Assembly: GCF_037042905.1 (NCBI RefSeq)
Contig: NC_087247.1
Coordinates: 25,048,001-25,112,000 of the forward strand
Length of the DNA: 64,000 bases
DNA from: Lytechinus pictus
Lineage: Eukaryota
Reading direction: 5' to 3'
Positions 1 through 11,183 of the stretch are shown here, in pieces; position 1 is the stretch's first letter, and the number at the start of each line of letters is the position of its first letter. The notes beneath the pieces are model-generated. The model did not search any database, had not been told where the DNA came from, and was given only the letters and a program-made list of their open reading frames with translations. A program made the position numbers and the translations under genes.

Positions 1-101
1 ATTCATGATCATAATTCTTTGTACTTTTTATAGGGAAATGATCTATGATGACCCTTTTGTTGGAGGAGGGGGCATTGACTATATATATATATAAAACTTA
101 C

Positions 102-323
102 CGTTTTCATAGCACCAGTCGATCTCTTTCACGCATCCCATGCATTGCTTGTAAAGTGGCATAGCACTTTCGCACTTTCTGCTCCTGTGACGGCGCCCTT
201 TGTGGCTACATGAAGACCATTTACTCCACTCCTTCCAGCCAAGGTTGGTATCTATGGCCCCACCTGCTACCCCAGATGGGTCACGCTGACCGGTTCTTAC
301 TGATATACCTGGCCAGTTGGGTA
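102..323 (-). CDS. Sema5: Sema5 exon, linker + last (short) TSP1 repeat (222 nt, phase 1-1): (L)PNWPGISVRTGQRDPSGVAGGAIDTNLGWKEWSKWSSCSHKGRRHRSRKCESAMPLYKQCMGCVKEIDWCYEN
   Basis: CTCTCTCTTTTCAG acceptor, G|GTAAGT donor; WxxWxxWxxC short TSR; in ORF 79..366. Confidence 0.92.
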
Positions 324-3300
324 CTGAAAAGAGAGAGAGAAAAACACACAGTTTAATAAGAATCAAGCATAATTTTACCTTTATTTTTAAGTTTGTTTTT
401 TTATTATACAGTGGAGCATTTTTAACTCTTATTGCTTCTCATGAGATTGGCTAGAACTGCTCTGAATAGTGACCACTTTTCTGTTTATTAATCTTTTAAG
501 TATAGAAAGGTACAAATTTACAAAAAGGTATTTCTTCTGAATAGCAAGTTTCTTGATTTGATACTTTAAAAATCTGAAAACTACAACCACAAGTAGAAAA
601 TAACATGCAGATTGTCACATTCTGTTGAAAATAAACTACTACTCGGCTTTTCTGTAGAACTCGGTCAAAATCACTGATTCATGTCCACTAATTTGTAAAT
701 ATAATGAAGTTGTATTCATCCATCATTTCAAGCAGCAGATTCAAGAACCATTTGGGATCTTGGTTATGAGAGATTACTGGAAGAATTCATCCATAGATAA
801 GAACACTGTAGACGATAGGGCGACACCACAGAGGTGAATAAGGATAAAATAAGCCCTCTATGGGTGACAAATTACAAGTGCATCATAAAGTCAACTCACA
901 TTCATATTTTTAACTTAATTATCAATTCCTACTAAGGTACATTTGACTACATATATTAGAAATCGATAAATCTAGAATATGGAACAGAAGAGGTGAACTT
1001 GATAAGATTGACTCACATTCGAATACATCTGTTTTGGGACAGTCCACCCCATCACAGGGTACTTCCTCCATGTTACTCCCCGTACATTCCATTCCATCGT
1101 TGAGTGGGAGAGGGTGTGTACACTCACGGTAACGCTGCTTGATACCCTTGCCGCAGCTTGCCGAACATTCACTCCATTCTCCCCAACAAGCCCAACCTCC
1201 ATTTACTGTCAACAAAATGGGTGACACGTTGGAAATTAGAGATTATTTCTAAATTTCAGTGTGACGTAAATATGAATATGTACACTCAAATAAAGCATAC
1301 TAAATATATATATTCTGGCTCTATGAACATCTTTAGAGACAACATGCATTATATCTGAAAAAATGAAAATGCAGGATCAAATCATTTCAGAAGACCCCAC
1401 TTCATTTAACATGTATCAACATCAAAGAAATCTCAGAAATAAAAATTGAATAAATTGTTGATTAGTACACGACTTGTGTTCATTCACATATAGATTTTCC
1501 TAAAGTTGCAAGGATTTATTGAAATTTTGCATCTCTTTTCTTATACAAAACGTTTTCTTGCATTGATTTACTTTAGTTTTCCCCTTCTATTGGGTCTTGC
1601 AAATCTATGCTACCACATAATTCTACAATTCTATAGTAACACTAAACTAAGTTTGTGCATACAGATTTATCCTACTTACTACATTTCACGATCTATTTCT
1701 ACGAGATAAATACCTCCTACAACATCTAAAGAAAAATCTGTCACAAGTGCTCTACAGAATCTCGAAAAATCTAACCAACAGAAATGCCTATCCAATGGGA
1801 GCATAACAAAATAAATTTGATTGCAAAACGTGGTTAATCTTTCAATCATCACATATGAGCGTCGTACAAAATGGTTACTTTTACGGCGAAGCTTAGAGGT
1901 AAGAGGAGCGAAAGCAACACACACACATGCACAGACTGGACTGATAAAAACAACAATAACAGTTAGTCCAATTACCTGGGCAGGGAACATAGGTCAAGCA
2001 ATCTCGTTTTTCGTAGTACTGCCCGTTACAATCAGCGTTATCAGGGAAACAAGCGCGGTGCCTGACCTGAACACCTTGGCCACATGATGAGCTGCATGGT
2101 AACCATGGAGACCACATGGTCCACCCACCAAAACTCTCTGATGAAGGGAAGGAAGGGAGGATTAGAGAGAGAGATGGACAGATAGAGGGATTAGTCAAAA
2201 ATGATATGCCTAAAGTGTTATCCATATATCGTATTGCATTTTTTCGTTATTTTATTTTTTTATATAAAATGCATTGCAATATCCTGTTGTTTTTACTTGA
2301 TTACAAAATATGAAATACAATGCAAAGTCATAAATCTATTTGATTTTTTGTTGTGATAAAATATCTGGAAATATTTATTGCTTTTAAATGTTTCTTACAT
2401 GTGCAAGTGTTTCATTGTATTTAAAAGTGTGCTAGTATTTGATGGGTATCGCTTCATTACTTTCCTTATCTTCTACAGTTTAACAGTTAAAATCTCTTAA
2501 TATGTTAATTTCACACCTTTTCTAGTTTTATTTTTGCTATTTATTTTATCATGTCAAGCATCCTTTATATTTACTTTCCCTTCTTTTTGTTGTTAGGCAA
2601 TCAGAGCAGTTAGAATTTTTAATTTTTGCAATAACCCATTTTTAGATGAATTTCATCCAATTAGTGCAGCCAAATTTGAAAATGAAAGTCATAAGTTTCA
2701 TGCAGAGTTTAATGAAATAAAAAAAAATCAAATCAAATTTGGAAAGAAAATAATTTAAAAATTAATAATATCAGTAATTAAGTTTGTTTTTTCCAACAAG
2801 TATGAAATCAATTTCCAGAATTCTCACAAATATGCCAAAATTTACTGACAGAATATACATTTACTTTTTACGACCTAACAATAATTGTTCCTTTTTATAA
2901 CAGGAATATTTATTTTTCATTCCATCTCGGCTTAGATTAAACTATCTTAATGTAATATGTTTGTTGTGAGGAAAAAAAAAGTTCAAGAAAGCATGTTGAA
3001 AAGTTTGCATGTTATGGGAACATGATGTACGCACCAATAAAACATATATTACATGTTAAAAGCAAAAAAGGACATTAAATCTCTGTAAAGGTTCTTGGAG
3101 CAATCGTTTAGCTGACTTTCTGTATTTCAAATTACAGGATTGAAAATCCTTGAATATATTAACGTCATAACCATTTGTAGAACTGAAGCCACGGTTTGAT
3201 TCCAAATCTTTATCAAATCCACATTACACTTATGATCTTCCAAATGTTGATTTATTGACATTTGTAAGACATTGGAAGACCAATCATAAGCATGTTAAAT

Positions 3301-6300
3301 GAGAAAAGCTAGAATAAAAAAAAAACTCAGTCCAGAAATAGGTACAAGGTCATCAGACAGTGAAACATACAAAATTTGGAATGAAAAGAATAAAAAAATA
3401 GCCCTCTTCAAAAAAATATTACCCCTCCCTCTTTTTTGAATCATTGTTCATTTGATTATGAAAAATCACAGTCACGTTTTTGTTCATTCAATGAGAATTA
3501 AGTCAGCTGGGAATCAAAATGAAATAAAAACAATAATTGACTTAAGAAAAGCAATACCGGTACTGAAATTACAAGATTATTATATCTTTAATAGAAAAAG
3601 AAACACATGAGAAATTAATGAATTCATTCAAAACTGGAAGGAGTGACTCTGTATTTGTCAGAAATATGTAGCTGTAAAAAGATAAGCTTTACTTACCACT
3701 ATCACCCCAGCACCTTTTATTTGTACTGCTGAAAGGACAGAACTTAAACTGTCCCTTCATCCTACCGACAGACACCATATCCCTCGCTGGCACCTGAGCT
3801 CTGCAGATGTACTTGAAGCGTTGCATAAGAAGACCATCTTCAGACACATTATGAACCAACCAAGGAGTCCAGTCAGTTGGTCTACGAACCTCTGTAACGC
3901 AACAGGTAGAGTGGTTGTAATCATTTGCTTGAAAATTGCAAGATATTTGATTATTTTAAAAAAGGAACATAATCTTGGAGATCTCGACTGTTGTATCAAA
4001 TGTGATCAATACCAGTTGATGGAATTTAATGATAAATTTGAACTTGACCAATCCGATTCCACCATTATTAAATTAGCTTATAAGTTACCATTGATAACAA
4101 TGATTATTAAAATAGTGCCCTAATAGGGCACCTAATTATATTATTTTCTCTAACTTCCAATAAATACCTGTGGATCTATTATTTGTTATCTTGCAGAGAT
4201 CTTACCACAGCAGGTAACATGTTAAACAAATTTATTTAAAATTCCATATTCATTATCTTTTACTTATAATTACTTAAACTCATAAGTGTCAGACCATTAG
4301 AGCTGTCTGATAAAGTGTGAAAGTAAAAATACAACTGATTCAGAAGATTTCATTGATTGAAGACTAGTACTCACCTGAGCATGCTTGTTTATTACATTCT
4401 CTCGTTTGAGTTGAATCACCGATGCAGGCCTGTCCATTAACACAGTCTCTAACACGAGATTGAATTCCACCATTACACAGAGCAGAGCACTCTGTCCATA
4501 AACTCCATTCACCCCAGAATCCTAACAAATACAAATCAAGAATTAATTACAACAATTAAAAATGCTTTCAATATTATTAATAGTCGTAACATTGAAAAAT
4601 ATTTTGGAACATTTATGTATTTATTCTTAATTCAGGAACAATGACAGAATTCCATGAAACACCTTTTGAGTGGTTTTCACCAAGCAATTTTCTTTCCAAT
4701 GAGATGCCAGAATTTCAGTAGCTTATAACAATTGATATTCATACCAAATAACTTCATGAAATGCTTCCCAAGTGGGTCTCATACAGAATCTTTTTTTAGA
4801 TTTACAGGAGCTTATGGTAAAAGCTTTTGTCAATCTCAATACAAGAATGACAAATTTATTACAATAGAAAAGAACAAATTTTTGAAGCACATGATAAACA
4901 AAATTTGTTACATCCACCAGAACGTTCATGATTATGCATAGACATGATACCATGATATGATACAATGATTGATGGATGCAAAATAATAGAGCAAATTTCT
5001 TTCAAAAGTAAGCACATTCTCAACAGATCATAGGTATTTGTATTTCATATGATGCAACCTTTGCTGTTTGTCATGCATATATCGTAAGTATTTTCACAGT
5101 TGGAAGATTCCATATAATTCTTAGTTTCATGGACTCGTTGCTTATGGGTCATGCTTTAATGCAATTTTTACTTCAAATAATATAAATCATAAATTAAATT
5201 GAAAGAAAAATTTAAGACAGAATTGAGAGATATACATATTTAACTCATATGAACAAGAAAGTTTTGTCTCTGAAGAAGCGACGATGCAGATAATCTGATT
5301 CATGCATGATAATAAAGACATGAACATGTATTATACATCTATTCTCACTTATTGATGATTTGGTCCCATGGTGTTCTTGTGAAGTAAAACAAAACCAATA
5401 AAGGTTGGACATCACCATTAAATATCAATGAGAAAAAGCTAAAGAGCTCATCATGTACAGAATAATGGCCAAAACAGATTGTATTCATGGAAGGCAGGTT
5501 AATTTTATCAAATATGTTCCTCTTTTTAATGTGCTATCAGAGGTAGATATGGAAGTATCATATAATGTTAAAGTCTTAATAAAGGCTGAAAGGCATGTCT
5601 TAAAATACCAATAATAAATGAAGGTAACATATTTTATTTCCAATTGAGGTATCTTCCTGTATTTTTGGTGGCAGCGGTGGGATTAATGAATATGAATGTG
5701 TATCATAACACCATCCCATTCAGGATTATGTAAATAATACAATTGTCTTGACCCAAACTTGCAAACTTGTGATAAGAGGATTTGACAATATATTTGCTGT
5801 TAAAGAATGCTAAAACCTTGAAAACAGGAAAGAAAGAAGGATGAAATGACAAAATGCACAACATGCACTCAAGTACCTGGCCTGTAATTATCAATTGCCG
5901 TGCCTGGACCGCTGTGGCCACTAGGTCTACCTGTACAGTTGACGACCTGCTGATACTCTCCTATACATGTAGTGCCCCCGCACTTGGGTGCCGGCGAGTC
6001 ACAGTCCCGGTAGCGGCACATACAGGCTTCAAGTCCTAGGGGGTCGGAGCACTGGGTCCAGTTGGACCACTCACCAAATTTGCCATCAACTGAGGAATTA
6101 AACAACAAATGTAATCATGAAAATATGTTTTCCACTGATTTGTGATTACATTCTCATACTAGGCATATTGTTTCAATGGAGCAAAGTTCGCTATTCAGTA
6201 TGCATGATAACACAATAACATTACAGAGTATTTAGGTATGAACTTGTTACTGTATATTCGATATCTGTAGGTACTGGCCTAACAATAACAAATTTCAAAT

Positions 6301-9300
6301 AAGGCACAATATAGTCATCCTATTCACAGCAATTACCGTACTTTCTTTAAAGCTTGCTACGGTGGTTTGATTTCTTGAGAAGCAAACATGAAGAGTATCC
6401 TACCTGTATTGTCCATGATAGGGCATCCTGTGATATCTTGTATCCAAACCTCAACCTCTAAAGGACTACAGGGGGGAAATAAAAGACAAAGAGATTTATT
6501 AATTAATTTTCTTTCCTCAATTCATCTTGTTTTTACTCTTATCCTCTGTTAAGCAATGAGATTCATATTTGTAATCAAATTATAAAGTCACTGATCAATA
6601 TCAATGTAAATAAGAGACACTTAACAATAGACATGAATAGATACATACAGATAATAATGGTCATTTTGCCTCCGACGAAGATTCTGCTAGGATCGAAAGC
6701 TTAGGCCCCTTTTTGACTTTCTAATACAGATAATATGAAAGAAGTTCATTTTATCTTCATCACTATACACATAGGTTTCTTTTTACAATCTGTTTGGAAA
6801 TGTCAATGCCTGGTTAGAGAGAAATTTCAACTGTCATGATGTTAAAAAAAATACAACACTTTTTTACTTCTATTTTATCATACTTTCTTTCTTAGAAAAA
6901 GAAACCATTGAAGAATAAAATCTCTCTTATGTTTACATGTCTCACATTGGTTAAGTCTGGAGAAGAAAGACTATCGGACAGCCATCATCCCCATGTATGT
7001 AACCAATGCCCTTTAGGCTTAGCCGGCAAACTCCCTCTGGAAAATGCTTCACAGACCTTAATCAAAACTTGATTTTGAGGCGACATCTTATCTCTGGGGT
7101 GAGGTCAGACAAAGTTCACTTGCAACATAGACCTACTTCATTCTCAAACACTTTGAAATTACAGATGGGACTCAAATTGAATGTTCCTTTTCCATTTTCT
7201 GATGTAACATTTCCGCTTTATCTTTCAAGCGCAGTGCCCTTTAGATTTTGTGAAGTAATGCTGTCAAGAAGTCATTAGAAGATGGAGGGAAGAATAATGG
7301 ATGGATTGTTTGCTGAATCGCTTCAAGTACTTCAGAAATGTACTTCGTCTTGTCTAGATCTTACATCGGGTCACATACTACAACTGCAAAAGGGAAATGA
7401 CTTATTCTCTTTTTTTATTTTTTAGAAGAGCTATTTACTTCATAAAAGATGCATTAAAAGGAAATATCTGTTTTCAAAATTGAGTGACCTCAAACCCTAA
7501 GAATAATAGTACTGAAATGTGGAAAAATATGACAAAATAGTTTAATCAGGAATATACACAGGAAGTCCCGTTACATGCCGATACACAAGCGAATGTCACA
7601 TTAATGCCTCTTGAATTGCTCCTACTAAAAGAAATATTGGAATTAGCGAATGATCTCTGCCAGTGACGTACCGCAGTGATTCAATGTCTGCTGAATCTAA
7701 ATAAATACCAAAAGGCTAGATTTGTTTCCCCATTTCAATTCTTGTCTGGATGAAAATTAGCCGAGTATTACTGGGATTGTGAACAACCCATTCATGTCAC
7801 ATCAAACAGCATTCTTCACACCAATATAATCTGACATGGATTATGATACATCCGGTCCATTCTCTACTCATACAAGCACCCCTGGAGACTATGCTCATAC
7901 TACATTCTCTTCAAACTAGCAGACTTTGGAGTCAATGTATCAGTTTGACAACATTCAGCCGATGTGATATGTGTAAGTGAATTGTAAAGTATGCTGTATG
8001 CAAACTTATAGCAAAAATATAGTAGGCATTATTATAATCTAAAAACAACCTAATTTGAATGAAAAGCCTGAGGTTTATAGTGCACCAAGTCAAACCATGA
8101 CAGAACTATACGTAACCATACAAGACAACTTGGTCTGGCTGTTATGAGATAACAATACTGGAAAATTATTTTTTACACCATTTGCTATTGGCTAAAAGTT
8201 AAGCTTATTTTTTTTGTAAAAATCTTTTACAAAGGCTTTAATGGCCATGTAAACTCTATGAAATATAACTTAATTAGGAAGGCATTAGGTCATGCCTTCT
8301 GTGAATGACCTCTAAGATATGTTGTCACCCATATACAGATGTTTGCAACAGGTTTTTATGATTTCCACCCTTCCGCTGAATGTCTTCATTATTTGCAAGT
8401 CTTGAGGACTACATTACAGACATCATATTCATGTAATATATCATGAATAATAAACAACTATATCAAGAAAGGAATTGCTGTGCATATCAGCATCAGTATG
8501 TCATCACAATGGCAGACTAGCATAGACTTGGCATATATAATATACACATATTGATATCTTTTATTTACCATACTTTGAAGTGAAACTGAATATTACAACA
8601 TTGTTTTGGAGTATAGTTTACATGCAGATATATGTGAAAAATGTCATCCTCGGTGGTCCACCATTCACTTCATTGGATGACCATTTATTACAAAGTTAAC
8701 ATCAGCCATTTGGAAAGAGTTTGTTGTCCGATTGTTTCCAAACAGCATAGGAGGGTCTTTATTGCTGCTGACATATAGAGATATCAAATGATATATGGTC
8801 TAATCTCCCTGGTGTGGTATATTATATATTATTTGATCCCTGTGATGATAGTATTGTTAGACAGCACCACAGGACAAGAGTATAAAAACATGGAACATCA
8901 CCAAATTATTCCCAGTTGGGAAAAAATATACAGATATACACAACTTCATTGTCCAAAATCGTGTAATAGTTTCACTTTTGCAAATTAAAATTTTCATGCA
9001 TATTCGTTTATGGATAGGCCTACATCTCTCTTCATTTATTTATTCTTTGGTATATCTCTTTTATTTCTTGATATGTTGTCCCCTTTTTCATTATCCATTG
9101 ATATGGACATCATTGAAGTACCTATTAACGTTAATAGCTTAGTAGGCCTATACATAAAGGGTGAGATTTTTGCTAATGAATTAAGAATGAATCTAAAAAA
9201 TCCAAATTGTGTTGTGGAGGTTAATAGGTTGTCTTTAAATCTTTCATCTCATAGATCATAATGGAATATTTAAAGCAAGCTACATAGAATGGATAAAGAT

Positions 9301-11148
9301 TACTTACTCCTCAGGATATGTTGTGCATTCTAATCTAAGCTGATGCCATCCGCAATATGGGTCTCGAGCATTCAGACACTCACTGTTGAAAAAAAATATA
9401 GAATTGAATGTTAAACAATTTTTACAATACACATATTTGTTCTAAAATAATCACAATTAGGATTAGAAGAAGACGATGTATCAGATTCTTATGCATGCTT
9501 TTACAAGTCTAGAAGGGAGGTTAAATCTTGAATGTGAATTGGGGTGACTGAAATTGTCAAATTTTGAAGAAAAAAAATAGTAAAAGAGAACCACATGGTT
9601 CTGAGATGGTCATTCAACCTCCATACTGTAGACTATAATAATGCATTAAAGTGACCTATTTAGCCAGTATTTAGAGATGAATTAAACAACCCACGCATTG
9701 CCATGTTAGTTGACATCTTCTTACTTTCAGAGTCGTTTCAGCCACAAAACGTGACCCAGTTTCATATGATTGTAACTTATCAGGCACATAAGAATAAAAA
9801 TCCTTGAAGAAATAAGTCAATGAGTTGTAGAACACACAGAGAACAAAACAAATCCAACATCTTGATGCCATACACCCATACACCGGCTCCCACTCACTCT
9901 TAGACTTTCTTTATGAATGGATGTAAATCGTGTTGGGGTTCAAAAATATTCAATTCTGATGGATCCGATTTGTGACAGGACCTGAACAGAATGACCTGAA
10001 AACTGGGCTAATGTGTGTGTCTTAGAACCGAAAGGCCTCTGCAGTTATATACTTATAATGACCCTTACTAAGAAGTTCTCCATGGAAGGAAACTGAACCC
10101 AAATAACCCACTTCAGTCACTTTCAGGTTAAACAACCATCATCAGGCCTACTTTCACTTCTTCTTTTTCCCTTTTAATTTCTTATATATTTCTATGTCTA
10201 CAAATGCTTTATGATATTACTTTTATATTCACAGTAACATCCTGTAGATTGAATGAATACATCACAATGGAAGCTCCTCCTGAAAATTGTTGTTGAGAGT
10301 AGGGAGGATATTGAATTGTTTAATGATACACATTCTAATGCCCTTCTGGCCCTAATTCAATTGTTTAGTCTTACGTTTGGGTGGTGAATTGATGACATCT
10401 TTCAACAGGTACTTTGACGATAGCCTCTGGTAGTCCGACATAGAGGGCATTCTGGATAAAAAACACAGAAGGGAATAATAGAAGATCACACATGATGGAT
10501 AATCTAATAATATGAAAAATACAACTACTCGGAGCCAGACAAATATTAATGCTGCATTATCGAATGAATAATAAATCAAATTTATTTTTTCTACCATTTG
10601 TTTGAAGAACAAACATATTTCCCCCTTATAAATACAGTTGGGTGTTTTCAAGTCTCACAGAATTTCTTTCCTTGCTGGGAAAGTGGGTTTTTAAAAGAAG
10701 TTTGCTCCTCCTATTCTCCAGGGATATATTCACTTCATGGCATAAGCTCATTACGAACAGCTCAACTCAAGGAGCCAGCGAAATAATGTTTCCAATTTCC
10801 TGAGAGTACGATCATCTTCATTAGAAAGAAAAACAATCCCATCAGTGATGTGTCCATCGATATTAATGTCTTTGATATACCTGGGGAATGGCCAAGTTTA
10901 GAACTTATCTTGAATATTTGTTGGGTTGGGGTGTGAAGTAGTTTACGATCAAGAAGATAATTTCTAAGATACCTATTGATGAGACATGAAGGAAAAAACA
11001 GGATGCACGGTATGCAATCAACTTAAGTTTTTCATTAAAATGTCATGTAGTTCTAACACCGCCATGCAATCACAATCTAGAATTGCAAAACTATATCAGA
11101 AATGTTTTGACAGATATATAGACATTTATTTATATATATATAGACATA

Positions 11149-11183
<35 letters not shown>

